From: Gammaproteobacteria bacterium
Lineage (GTDB): Bacteria; Pseudomonadota; Gammaproteobacteria; Eutrophobiales; Eutrophobiaceae
Length of the DNA: 64,000 bases
NCBI GenBank assembly: GCA_011772965.1
Contig: WVYN01000080.1
Coordinates: forward strand, 193,562 to 257,561
Direction: 5' to 3'
The position numbers and the translations under genes are program-made. Below the pieces are notes generated by a model that had not been told where the DNA came from, made no database searches, and worked only from the letters and a program-made list of their open reading frames with translations. Of the stretch, positions 9,074 through 19,740 are shown piece after piece (positions within the stretch are counted from its first letter, which is position 1; every line of letters starts with the position of its first letter).

Positions 9074-9559
9074 ATGCGCCACATACTTTCATTGCTTCTG
9101 GAAAATGAAGCCGGTGCCTTGTCGCGGGTGTCCGGGCTGTTTTCTGCTCGTGCCTTCAATATTGAATCCCTGACAGTTGCACCCACGGAAGACCCGACGG
9201 TGTCTCGTATGACCCTGGTGACGTCCGGTTCTGACGAGATCGTCGAGCAGATTACCAAGCAGTTGAATAAACTGGTAGATGTTATCAAGGTCGTCGATCT
9301 GAGTGAAAGTCGTCACATTGAACGTGAGTTGCTATTGATTAAGTTGACAGCAAAAAATGATCACCGGGAAGAGATTAAACGCCTGGTTGATATTTTCCGT
9401 GGCCATATTATTGATGTGACGGACAGCAGTTATACCATCGAAATGACAGGTAGTGGCGACAAGCTTGATGCGTTTATTGACGCACTGGATAAGAAGTTGA
9501 TCCTCGAGGTTGTCCGATCAGGTGTGTCTGGAATTGCCCGTGGCGATAAAGCCATCTAG
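9074..9559 (+). CDS. ilvH: Acetolactate synthase small (regulatory) subunit
   Basis: 161 aa. ACT-domain N-terminus MRHILSLLLENEAGALSRVSGLFSARAFNIESL. Starts 1 nt after the ilvI stop. Confidence 0.92.
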   Translation: MRHILSLLLENEAGALSRVSGLFSARAFNIESLTVAPTEDPTVSRMTLVTSGSDEIVEQITKQLNKLVDVIKVVDLSESRHIERELLLIKLTAKNDHREEIKRLVDIFRGHIIDVTDSSYTIEMTGSGDKLDAFIDALDKKLILEVVRSGVSGIARGDKAI

Positions 9560-10615
<1,056 letters not shown>

Positions 10616-10691
10616 TTATTTTGATCCAATCCAATCCGCTGGATTTAGCCACATAATTAATACTGTCACTGCCTGATTGTCTTGATGAGTT

Positions 10692-11351
10692 ATGGCGAGT
10701 AATTCCTATCCCGTAATTGCCAGGGAAGGATGGCCTCTATTGGCCATATTGCTAGTAATATTAATCCTTTCCGGGCAGTTTCTGGGTGTCTTAGCCACGT
10801 CCGTCGTTTTTCTGATTTTATTGTTTTTTATCTTTATATTTCGGGACCCTAATAGAGAAATACCTTCATCACCGTTATCAATTGTCAGCCCGGTATCTGG
10901 CAGGATACTCGGCATTAGCCAGGTCGATGATCCCTGGATCGATCGTTATGCCAGGATGATCAGCATCAAGTCATCATTTTTTGATGTATATTCCATTCGC
11001 AGCCCCGCGGAAGGCAAGATTGTGAATCAGTGGACCAGGCGTCCCGAAGAAAATGATAACAAAAGGCGATTTGCTTATCGCTTGCGGACTGATGAAGATG
11101 ACGAAATCGTGGTTGTAATTAATTTGAATTTCATCACGGCTTTTTTCCTGCGATTCTATGCACACTCCGGTGAGCGTATCGGCCATGGACAGCGATGTGG
11201 ATTCCTGTTTTTTGGTGGGCGTGTTGACGTACTGATACCGGATAATTCCAAGGTGAATGTCGCGGCAGGCGAGACTATCTGTTCCGGTTCTGGTGTGCTT
11301 GGCCAACTGGTGCACAGAGAATCAACAAGCACAGAAACTGCTGCTACCTGA
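10692..11351 (+). CDS. Phosphatidylserine decarboxylase-related membrane protein with substituted catalytic positions
   Basis: Short-form PSD architecture (AREGWP, FRDP, ...RVDVLIP). It reads PVSG where PADG is expected, DVY where the His motif is expected, and FGGR where the FGSR cleavage site is expected. Confidence 0.7.
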   Translation: MASNSYPVIAREGWPLLAILLVILILSGQFLGVLATSVVFLILLFFIFIFRDPNREIPSSPLSIVSPVSGRILGISQVDDPWIDRYARMISIKSSFFDVYSIRSPAEGKIVNQWTRRPEENDNKRRFAYRLRTDEDDEIVVVINLNFITAFFLRFYAHSGERIGHGQRCGFLFFGGRVDVLIPDNSKVNVAAGETICSGSGVLGQLVHRESTSTETAAT

Positions 11352-11442
11352 CAGAGCCAACCTGATCCAATCGGGCGCCTGCTCTGTTATAGTCCAAGCA
11401 TGATGATTCATCGAGCTTGCTATTTACTGACCAAGTCCAGAT

Positions 11443-12216
11443 ATGGTATTCGCCATGGTTAATCGGCGTCGAGGTCTGTATCTGCTACCTAACCTGCTTA
11501 CAACTGGGGCGATGTTTGCAGGGTTCTATGCCATCGTTGCGGGCATTAATAGCAATTTCGAGGCCGCTGCCATCGCGATTTTCATTGCCATGATTCTCGA
11601 TGGAATGGATGGAAGGGTCGCCCGTCTGACCAATACCCAGAGTGACTTCGGTATGCAGTATGACAGCCTGTCCGACATGGTTTCCTTCGGACTGGCTCCG
11701 GCCCTGGTGATTTACCAGTGGTCATTGTCCGGTCTCGGCAAACTCGGATGGCTGGGTGCCTTTGTCTACGCCGCTGCGGCAGCCTTGCGCTTGGCCCGTT
11801 TCAATACCCAGGCCAGCACGGCCGACAAGCGGTATTTCCAGGGATTGCCCAGTCCACCGGCAGCCGCGCTGATTGCCGGGATGGTCTGGTGTGGCGAGTA
11901 TTTTTCAATTGATGGGGTTGCTTCATTCACCCTGTTCGCCTTTCCCACCACCATGCTGGCGGGCATCCTGATGGTTAGCAACATCCGTTACCACAGTTTC
12001 AAACGGTTTGACTTGAAGGGACGCAAACCGTTTGTGGCTGGACTGGTGATTGTCATGATCTTCGTGTTGATCGCCAGTGAACCGCCACTGGTTCTGTTTT
12101 TGCTTGCACTGATCTACGCGGTCTCCGGACCCGTATTGACCCTGATCTACATCCGCAGACACCGGGCCGCGCGTAAGAGCCAGGAAAAGCAGCAGGTCGC
12201 GGATGACGTGAACTAG
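11443..12216 (+). CDS. pssA: CDP-diacylglycerol--serine O-phosphatidyltransferase (CDP-alcohol phosphatidyltransferase type)
   Basis: Motif DGMDGRVARLTNTQSDFGMQYDSLSDMV matches DGx2ARx8Gx3Dx3D. Polytopic membrane protein. Confidence 0.88.
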   Translation: MVFAMVNRRRGLYLLPNLLTTGAMFAGFYAIVAGINSNFEAAAIAIFIAMILDGMDGRVARLTNTQSDFGMQYDSLSDMVSFGLAPALVIYQWSLSGLGKLGWLGAFVYAAAAALRLARFNTQASTADKRYFQGLPSPPAAALIAGMVWCGEYFSIDGVASFTLFAFPTTMLAGILMVSNIRYHSFKRFDLKGRKPFVAGLVIVMIFVLIASEPPLVLFLLALIYAVSGPVLTLIYIRRHRAARKSQEKQQVADDVN

Positions 12217-12253
12217 TTGAAATTATCAGCATTCACGCTATAGTTCCTGATAA

Positions 12254-12331
12254 ATGAAGAAAATGAACGCGCAAACCAGACTTTTCTCCCCCATGGCAAT
12301 TCTGCCAGGCGCACTGTTCCTGCTGCCCTGA
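12254..12331 (+). promoter_or_regulatory. Candidate Leu-rich leader peptide ORF upstream of leuA
   Basis: 25-codon [28 protein letters not shown]-stop with 3 Leu in its last 5 codons. It is followed by a weak hairpin at 12376-12390 and a T-rich stretch, about 65 nt before the leuA ATG. Confidence 0.25.
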
Positions 12332-12456
12332 CGGGCAAATACGTTCTATTCCCAAAAACCAGTCGTTTTACTCCTCGTCCGTCAAGGACGGATTATTTAC
12401 AGTTGTTTCATCCATACACGCCATTTAGTATGGATATAGACCCCGGAGCAGGAATT

Positions 12457-13992
12457 ATGAGTAACAGATTAATTATTTTTGACACAACATTGAGGGACGG
12501 TGAGCAAAGCCCCGGCGCCTCAATGACCAGAGATGAAAAATTACGCATCGCCAAGGCACTTGAGCGCATGAAGGTTGATGTGATTGAGGCCGGCTTTCCG
12601 ATTGCAAGTCCGGATGACTTCAGGGGCGTGCAACTGGTAGCCAAAAATGTCAAGCACAGTACCGTCTGTGGTTTGGCACGGGCCATAGATAAGGATATCG
12701 ATACAGCGGCTGAGGCACTGAAACCGGCAACTTCATCCCGCATTCATACCTTCATTGCGACCTCGCCGATCCACATGCGGGAAAAATTACATCTGGAGCC
12801 GGAACAGGTGCTCGAACAGGCAGTACATGCAGTTAAACGCGCGCGCCAATATACCGACAATGTAGAGTTTTCACCGGAAGATGCAGGCCGTTCAGAGCTG
12901 GACTTTCTCTGCCGGGTTATCGAGGCTGTCATTGATGCAGGTGCCACTACGGTCAATATACCGGATACGGTTGGTTATAATCTTCCCAGCCAGTTCGGTG
13001 AATTAATCCGACAGTTGCGCGAACGTGTGCCCAATTCCGACAAAGCCATTTTTTCCGTGCACTGTCATAATGATCTGGGGCTTGCCGTGGCCAATTCATT
13101 GTCTGCTGTATTGAATGGTGCGCGCCAGGTGGAATGCACGATCAACGGACTAGGTGAACGCGCCGGTAATGCCGCCCTGGAAGAGATAGTAATGACCGTA
13201 CGAACCCGTCAGGACATGTTTCCCTGTGATATCGGTTTAAATACCCAGGAAATACTGCATTGTTCCCGACTAGTGTCCACGATCACCGGTTTTCCTGTGC
13301 AACCCAACAAGGCGATAGTCGGCGCCAATGCCTTTGCCCATGAATCCGGTATACACCAGGACGGTGTGTTAAAGAGTCGCGAGACCTATGAGATCATGCG
13401 GGCCCAGGATGTCGGCTGGCATGCCAATCGCATGGTACTCGGCAAACACTCCGGCAGGAATGCATTCCGCAGTCGTTTGCTTGAACTTGGTTATGCCTTT
13501 GAGCGGGAGGAAGATCTCAATGCCGCCTTCAGCCGGTTCAAGGATCTCGCCGACAAGAAACACGAAATCTATGATGAAGATATCCAGGCACTGGTTTCAG
13601 AGACCATTCAGGAAGCGGCCGATGAACGCATCAAGCTGGTGTCAATGAAAGTGTGTTGCGAAACCGGCGAGATTCCGGATGCCATGGTGACCTTGCTGGT
13701 GGATGGTGAAGAAAAACATGCCAATTCCATCGGCAGTGGTCCGGTTGATGCAACCTTCAGGGCCATTGAATTGATTGTCAACAGCGGCAGTGACCTGCAA
13801 TTGTACTCGGTCAACAATATTACGACGGGAACCGATGCCCAGGGAGAAGTCACCGTGCGTATCGACAAGGGTGGACGCATTGTCAACGGTCAGGGATCTG
13901 ATACTGATATTGTGATTGCATCTGCCAAGGCCTACATCAACGCTATTAACAAGATCCTGGAACCGATCGAACGGGCGCACCCCCAAGTATGA
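12457..13992 (+). CDS. leuA: 2-isopropylmalate synthase
   Basis: Start chosen at [20 protein letters not shown] (ATG 12457 with GGAG upstream) rather than the TTG at 12403. HxH motif [13 protein letters not shown] and C-terminal LeuA dimerisation domain. Confidence 0.93.
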   Translation: MSNRLIIFDTTLRDGEQSPGASMTRDEKLRIAKALERMKVDVIEAGFPIASPDDFRGVQLVAKNVKHSTVCGLARAIDKDIDTAAEALKPATSSRIHTFIATSPIHMREKLHLEPEQVLEQAVHAVKRARQYTDNVEFSPEDAGRSELDFLCRVIEAVIDAGATTVNIPDTVGYNLPSQFGELIRQLRERVPNSDKAIFSVHCHNDLGLAVANSLSAVLNGARQVECTINGLGERAGNAALEEIVMTVRTRQDMFPCDIGLNTQEILHCSRLVSTITGFPVQPNKAIVGANAFAHESGIHQDGVLKSRETYEIMRAQDVGWHANRMVLGKHSGRNAFRSRLLELGYAFEREEDLNAAFSRFKDLADKKHEIYDEDIQALVSETIQEAADERIKLVSMKVCCETGEIPDAMVTLLVDGEEKHANSIGSGPVDATFRAIELIVNSGSDLQLYSVNNITTGTDAQGEVTVRIDKGGRIVNGQGSDTDIVIASAKAYINAINKILEPIERAHPQV

Positions 13993-14672
13993 GTCTGAAT
14001 CCATTACAGCAATATTACCTGCAACAGATGGGTATCAATGTCTATCTACAGCGGATGGAAAAGCCGGATAATACCGACGATGTTGTTGCTGAACCATCAT
14101 CAACTTTTGATTCGGTAGCCTGGGAGACATTACGTCGTGAAGTGGCTACCTGTGGAAAATGCGAGCTGTACAAGGGTCGTACGCAAACGGTATTTGGTGT
14201 CGGAAATCCACAGGCTGACTGGCTAATCATCGGCGAGGCTCCGGGTGCCGAAGAGGATCGTCAGGGTGAACCGTTCGTCGGGAGGGCCGGAAAACTGCTG
14301 AATGCGATGCTGTTGGCTATTGGCCTTCAGCGTGAGGAAGTCTTCATTGCCAACATATTGAAATGTCGGCCACCAAACAACCGGGATCCACGGCCCGAGG
14401 AAGTGGCGAGTTGCAAGAATTATCTCCGTATCCAGATAGAGATGGTCCAACCAAGGATTATTCTGGCCGTGGGCAGGGTGGCTGCACAAAATCTGCTGGA
14501 AACCGATACACCCATAGGGAGGATGCGCGGACAGCGTTATCAGTATGCCGATACCGGCATCCCGGTTGTGGTTACTTATCATCCGGCTTACCTGTTGCGT
14601 TCACCCGGCGAAAAACGCAAGGCATGGCAGGACCTGCAAACGGCGCTAAAGATCTACAGGGAGTCGGAATGA
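13989..14672 (+). CDS. Uracil-DNA glycosylase, family 4
   Basis: [23 protein letters not shown], Fe-S cysteines ([18 protein letters not shown]) and HPAYLLR. ATGA overlap with the leuA stop. Confidence 0.85.
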   Translation: MSLNPLQQYYLQQMGINVYLQRMEKPDNTDDVVAEPSSTFDSVAWETLRREVATCGKCELYKGRTQTVFGVGNPQADWLIIGEAPGAEEDRQGEPFVGRAGKLLNAMLLAIGLQREEVFIANILKCRPPNNRDPRPEEVASCKNYLRIQIEMVQPRIILAVGRVAAQNLLETDTPIGRMRGQRYQYADTGIPVVVTYHPAYLLRSPGEKRKAWQDLQTALKIYRESE

Positions 14673-15136
14673 GCGCAGTACTGGAAACTCCGGTCCCTGT
14701 TTTTCGTCCCATGACAGATGCGGATCTGGATCAGATCATACAAATAGAGAATTCTGCCTATACACATCCCTGGACTGAGATGATATTCCTTGATTGCCTA
14801 CGGGTAGGATATAGCTGCTGGATCATGGAAGTAGATGAAACAATCATTGCCTATGGCGTTATGTCTGTTGTTGCAGGCGAATGTCATCTGCTGAACCTAT
14901 GTGTTAAGCCGGATCAGCAAAACTCGGGATATGGCAGTTTGTTGCTTGAACATCTCCTTATACTTGCCAGGGAACATAAGGCAAATATAGCCTTTCTTGA
15001 AGTCCGTCCATCAAACCACGTTGCCCTGCATCTCTATCAACAAGCTGGTTTCGATGAAGTTGGCATGCGTCGAAATTATTATCCCGCGGTAATTGGCAGG
15101 GAGGATGCAATAATACTGGCCCGACACCTGGCCTGA
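14669..15136 (+). CDS. rimI: Ribosomal-protein-alanine N-acetyltransferase (GNAT)
   Basis: Start at MSAVLETPV (ATGA overlap with the UDG stop). IENSAYTHPW and QNSGYGSLLLEHL GNAT motifs. The 14363 ORF start is an out-of-context upstream extension. Confidence 0.8.
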   Translation: MSAVLETPVPVFRPMTDADLDQIIQIENSAYTHPWTEMIFLDCLRVGYSCWIMEVDETIIAYGVMSVVAGECHLLNLCVKPDQQNSGYGSLLLEHLLILAREHKANIAFLEVRPSNHVALHLYQQAGFDEVGMRRNYYPAVIGREDAIILARHLA

Positions 15137-15193
15137 GATATACCTGATATATTGCAGGCAGAAACGGCTGCATTTGCATTAATTAAGAAAATC

Positions 15194-16096
15194 ATGACCA
15201 ATAGCGACATACCTACAATAGAATCTTTCGTCGGCAATACTCCGCTTGTGAGGTTGCAACGCATCCCGGGGCAAACCAGTAATCTGTATCTGGGGAAATT
15301 GGAAGGTAACAACCCGGCGGGTTCGGTCAAGGACAGACCGGCAATGAGTATGATCCGTCATGCCCAGGAACGTGGAGAAATCAAACCCGGTGATACCCTG
15401 ATCGAGGCCACCAGCGGCAACACGGGAATTGCATTGGCCATGGCTGCAGCCATTCGCGGTTACCGGATGGTGTTGATCATGCCTGAGCACATGAGCATGG
15501 AGCGGCGGGCAGCAATGACAGCTTTCGGTGCCGAGATCATACTGGTAACCAAGGAAGAAGGCATGGAAGGGGCCCGCGATCTTGCAGAACAAATGGAACG
15601 TGAAGGTAAAGGCAGAGTACTTGATCAATTTGCCAATCCGGATAACCCACGTTCACATTATGAAGGTACGGGACCAGAAATATGGCGTGATACCAATGGC
15701 AAGATTACGCACTTTGTCAGTTCCATGGGTACTACCGGGACCATCATGGGGACATCACAGTTTCTCAAGGAGAAGAATCCGGAGATCCAGATTATTGGTG
15801 TACAGCCAGCGGGTGATGGAAATATCCCGGGCATACGTCGCTGGCCTGAAGCCTATCTGCCGAAAATTTTTGATAAAAGCCGCGTGGATATGACGATCGA
15901 TATTACTCCGGAAGAAGCCGAGGATATGACCCGTCGGCTTGCTGCGGAAGAAGGTATTTTTGCCGGCATATCATCCGGCGGCGCTATCTCGGCGGCATTG
16001 CGTCTCGGCAAGGACCTGGAAAATGCCGTAATTGTCAGCATCATCTGTGATCGTGGAGATCGTTACCTGTCCACCGGAATTTTTGATCCGAAGTAA
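15194..16096 (+). CDS. cysM: Cysteine synthase B
   Basis: MTNSDIPTIESFVGNTPLVRLQRI and LEGNNPAGSVKDRPA (PLP lysine); about 300 aa. Confidence 0.88.
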   Translation: MTNSDIPTIESFVGNTPLVRLQRIPGQTSNLYLGKLEGNNPAGSVKDRPAMSMIRHAQERGEIKPGDTLIEATSGNTGIALAMAAAIRGYRMVLIMPEHMSMERRAAMTAFGAEIILVTKEEGMEGARDLAEQMEREGKGRVLDQFANPDNPRSHYEGTGPEIWRDTNGKITHFVSSMGTTGTIMGTSQFLKEKNPEIQIIGVQPAGDGNIPGIRRWPEAYLPKIFDKSRVDMTIDITPEEAEDMTRRLAAEEGIFAGISSGGAISAALRLGKDLENAVIVSIICDRGDRYLSTGIFDPK

Positions 16097-16106
16097 TACA
16101 GATTTT

Positions 16107-16883
16107 ATGAATGTTCTAGTCTTTGACATAGAAACCATTCCGGATATTGAATCCGGTCGCAAGTTATACAAGTTAAATGGCCTGTCTGATAAGGAAATTG
16201 CCGAAGTGATGTATACCAAGCGCCGCCAGGAAACAGGTGGTAATGAATTCCTGAGACATTATTTACATCGGGTTGTTGCCATTTCGGTAGTATTACGCAC
16301 TACTGACAAGATCAGTGTCTGGTCCCTCGGCGATCCGGATTCTCCGGAAGAAGAAATCATCCAGCGCTTTTATGATGGCATCGAGCGTTTCAGCCCCATG
16401 CTAGTTTCCTGGAACGGGCGCGGATTTGATTTACCGGTTCTACATTACCGTGCATTGATACATGGCATCAGTGCCCCACGCTACTGGGAAACCGGTGAAG
16501 AGGATCAGAGTTTTAGATGGAATAATTACATCAACCGTTTTCATGAGAGGCACACGGATTTGATGGATGTGCTGTCCGGTTACGAGGGCCGTGCTGTGGC
16601 CCCGCTGGATCAGATAGCCGGTGTCTGTGGTTTCCCAGGCAAGATGGGTATGAGCGGTGACAAGGTCTGGGACTGTTTCATGGAGGGTGATGTCGGTGCC
16701 ATCCGAAATTATTGTGAAACCGATGTACTCAATACTTATCTTGTTTTCCTGCGTTATGAATTGATGAGAGGACGCAAGTCCCGGCAAGGTTATGAAGAGA
16801 GCTGCAAAAATTTATGTGAAATGTTGCAGTCAGAAGGAAAACCTCACCTTCAGGAATTTCTGGACGCCTGGGAATCCACCTGA
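16107..16883 (+). CDS. Predicted 3'-5' exonuclease (PolB-exonuclease-like, DEDD)
   Basis: Start at MNVLVFDIETIPD (ExoI motif); later WNGRGFDLPVL and YCETDVLNTY motifs. Confidence 0.7.
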   Translation: MNVLVFDIETIPDIESGRKLYKLNGLSDKEIAEVMYTKRRQETGGNEFLRHYLHRVVAISVVLRTTDKISVWSLGDPDSPEEEIIQRFYDGIERFSPMLVSWNGRGFDLPVLHYRALIHGISAPRYWETGEEDQSFRWNNYINRFHERHTDLMDVLSGYEGRAVAPLDQIAGVCGFPGKMGMSGDKVWDCFMEGDVGAIRNYCETDVLNTYLVFLRYELMRGRKSRQGYEESCKNLCEMLQSEGKPHLQEFLDAWEST

Positions 16884-16894
16884 CGATTTTCTTA

Positions 16895-18220
16895 ATGTCC
16901 CGTCGTCGCAGAAGACTGTCCCGTGAACCGGTAACCGCCACCATAGAATCCCTGTCTCATGAAGGGCGGGGGATTACCCATGTCGGTGGTAAAACCGTCT
17001 TTGTTAATGAAACCCTGCCTGGTGAAACAGTCAGCTTTCAATACACACGCCAGCATTCACGATACAGTGAAGCAATTCCACTGGAAATCCTGGAACCAAA
17101 CCCGGAACGGATCCCGGCAAAATGTGATTTTTTTTCCATCTGCGGCGGCTGCAGTTTTCAGCATGTATCATCCGGTTATCAGATAAAACACAAGCAACAG
17201 ACACTGAGCGAGCAGTTCCAACGCATAGGCGGCATTCAACCCCGTGAATGGTTACCGCCTCTTACCGGTCCGGCTTGGGGTTATCGGCGCCGTGCCCGGT
17301 TGGCCGTGAAGTATGTCGAGAAAAAACAACGATTGCTGGTTGGCTTCCGGGAAAAAAGCTCACCGTTTGTTGCTGACATCAGTCACTGCGCGGTCCTGCA
17401 TCCCGGTGTTGGGGACCTGCTGGAACCTTTGCAGGAGCTGATCTCAGGATTATCTGTGATCAGGCAGTTGCCACAAATAGAGATTGCCGTCGCCGATAAT
17501 GCAGTGGCACTGGTATTCAGGCATCTACGGGCACTGACTGATGTTGACAGGACCCTGCTCGAAGCGTTTGCAGCAAGGTACGGAACCCGGGTTTACCTGC
17601 AACCGGGTGGACTGAATACGGTAACACCGTTAACAACGGGCAGAGAAGAGCCTTTGTTCTATCATCTTGGACAGCCTCCAATCAAATATTTTTTTCTGCC
17701 TACGGATTTTATTCAGGTTAATGCCCGGATCAATGAGGCCATGGTGAAGCTGGCAACCCAGTTGCTCGCCCTGGATGGTTCGCAACAGGTTCTGGATTTA
17801 TTTTGTGGGCTGGGAAATTTTTCTCTACCTCTGGCGAGAAAATCAAAAAGTGTTACGGCAATTGAAGGTGATGCTGGTCTTATAGAAAGAGCAAGAAAAA
17901 ATGCCGAACATAACAATATAGATAATATTAAATTTCATACAGCTAATCTGGCTAATGATAAAATCGCCAGCGAATTCATAGCCAATACCTATGATCGGGT
18001 AATTCTTGATCCGCCTCGTACAGGCGCTGATATCATCATTCGACAACTGAATCACAAACCAGTGGATCGGGTTATTTATGTATCTTGCAACCCTGCAACA
18101 CTCGCACGAGATGCAGGTATACTTGTTAATGAAATGGGTTACAGACTTGATCTGGCCGGCGTCATGGATATGTTCCCGCAAACGGCACACATTGAATCGA
18201 TTGCTCTGTTTATCCGGTAA
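16895..18220 (+). CDS. rlmD: 23S rRNA (uracil1939-C5)-methyltransferase
   Basis: TRAM-like N-terminus, Fe-S cysteines (CDFFSICGGCSFQH), SAM motif DLFCGLGNFSLPLA and C-terminal YVSCNPATLARD. Confidence 0.88.
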   Translation: MSRRRRRLSREPVTATIESLSHEGRGITHVGGKTVFVNETLPGETVSFQYTRQHSRYSEAIPLEILEPNPERIPAKCDFFSICGGCSFQHVSSGYQIKHKQQTLSEQFQRIGGIQPREWLPPLTGPAWGYRRRARLAVKYVEKKQRLLVGFREKSSPFVADISHCAVLHPGVGDLLEPLQELISGLSVIRQLPQIEIAVADNAVALVFRHLRALTDVDRTLLEAFAARYGTRVYLQPGGLNTVTPLTTGREEPLFYHLGQPPIKYFFLPTDFIQVNARINEAMVKLATQLLALDGSQQVLDLFCGLGNFSLPLARKSKSVTAIEGDAGLIERARKNAEHNNIDNIKFHTANLANDKIASEFIANTYDRVILDPPRTGADIIIRQLNHKPVDRVIYVSCNPATLARDAGILVNEMGYRLDLAGVMDMFPQTAHIESIALFIR

Positions 18221-18222
18221 TC

Positions 18223-19725
18223 ATGAGTAATTGTCTTCAACGCGCCATCTGTTTATGGATTTTCTGCCTACTTCTTTCATTGTTGTTGAGCGCCTGTAGC
18301 AATGAACCCCTTGACAGTATTCGCTTTGGCCTATCAGCCCCTCCGGTTACTCTTGATCCAAGACTGGCAACTGATGCAGTTTCACATAGGATCAACCGTT
18401 TACTTTACCGGCAGTTGGTAGATTTCGATGAACAGCAAAGACCAGTACCATCTTTAGCCAGCTGGGAAATACTCTCTGACACTCATTATCGGTTTACACT
18501 CGGTAGACAAGGCCGCTTGTTTCATAACGGCATGCGCCTTACCGCAACTGATGTCAAATCAAGCTATGATTGGATTCTTGATCCGCTAAACATATCACCA
18601 CATCGTGCAACTCTGGAGAATATACAGGATATACGGGTGATTGATTCAAACATTATTGACTTTCACCTGCAGCATATTGATCCATTATTCCCGGGTCGAC
18701 TGGTCATTGGAATTCTGCCGACGCAACTGATTGCTACCAATTATCCCTTCTCTCGAAAGCCTGTAGGCAGTGGCAGCTTTCGTTTCGTGAGCTGGTCAGA
18801 TGAGTCGCGGCTGGTTTTACAGCGAGTCCGTGACAACCAGGCTGTCGAATTTATTACCGTGAAAGATTCAACTGTAAGGGCACTGAAGCTATTGCGCGGT
18901 GAAATTGATATTATTCAAAATGATCTGCCTTTTGAATTATTGAACTGGCTGAATCAAAAAGAAACCATCATACTCGAAACCAGGCCTGGTAATACCTATT
19001 CCTACCTCGGGTTCAATCTCCGTGATCCGATATTGAAACAACGAAACATACGCGAGGCGATTGCCCACGGGATAGACAGGAAAGCCATCATCCGTCACTT
19101 ACTCGGTAATGCAGCGCGTCCTGCTGGCAGTATCCTGCCTCCGAATCACTGGTCGGGACACCCAGAACTTGAGCCATATACTTATGATCCGAATAAGGCC
19201 AGGAAATTACTCAGACAATCAGGCTTTGATGAGACACAGCGTCTGTCAGTCGAATATAAAACTTCCAGTAATCCACTTCGTCTCAGGCTGGCGACGATCA
19301 TCCAGTATCAGTTGAAGCAGATTGGCATCGATCTGGTTTTGAGAAGTTATGATTGGGGAACCTTTTATGGCGATATCAAGTCCGGCCAGTTTCAGCTTTA
19401 CAGTCTCTCCTGGGTCGGCCTGAAAATGCCGGATATTTTTCGTTATGCTTTTCATAGTGACTCGGTACCGCCTGCAGGCGCTAACCGAGGTTATTTAAAT
19501 GATGACTTTGTGAACCAGTTAATCGAAGCCGCCGAACGAGAGGCAGATCCGAGGAAACAGCTCATACTGTACAGGGAATTACAGGAGCGATTGCACGACA
19601 TGTTACCCTATGTGTCGTTATGGTATGAGCATAATATCCTGGCAAGACGCAGTAATATCCACGGATACCGGCTTTCGGTTGATGGTGAATTTGATGCATT
19701 AAATAAGGCATATCGACAAAATTAA
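18223..19725 (+). CDS. ABC transporter substrate-binding lipoprotein, peptide/nickel (family 5) type
   Basis: Lipobox LLLSAC. 500 aa with the general family-5 SBP layout. Confidence 0.8.
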   Translation: MSNCLQRAICLWIFCLLLSLLLSACSNEPLDSIRFGLSAPPVTLDPRLATDAVSHRINRLLYRQLVDFDEQQRPVPSLASWEILSDTHYRFTLGRQGRLFHNGMRLTATDVKSSYDWILDPLNISPHRATLENIQDIRVIDSNIIDFHLQHIDPLFPGRLVIGILPTQLIATNYPFSRKPVGSGSFRFVSWSDESRLVLQRVRDNQAVEFITVKDSTVRALKLLRGEIDIIQNDLPFELLNWLNQKETIILETRPGNTYSYLGFNLRDPILKQRNIREAIAHGIDRKAIIRHLLGNAARPAGSILPPNHWSGHPELEPYTYDPNKARKLLRQSGFDETQRLSVEYKTSSNPLRLRLATIIQYQLKQIGIDLVLRSYDWGTFYGDIKSGQFQLYSLSWVGLKMPDIFRYAFHSDSVPPAGANRGYLNDDFVNQLIEAAEREADPRKQLILYRELQERLHDMLPYVSLWYEHNILARRSNIHGYRLSVDGEFDALNKAYRQN

Positions 19726-19740
19726 TAGACATAAGGAAAA

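Noticed and set aside
14363-14668. Upstream extension of the rimI frame (the ORF track starts it at 14363), overlapping the UDG gene.
   Set aside because: The extension has no GNAT homology and overlaps 300 nt of a conserved gene. ATG 14669 gives the ATGA stop-start coupling and a normal RimI length.
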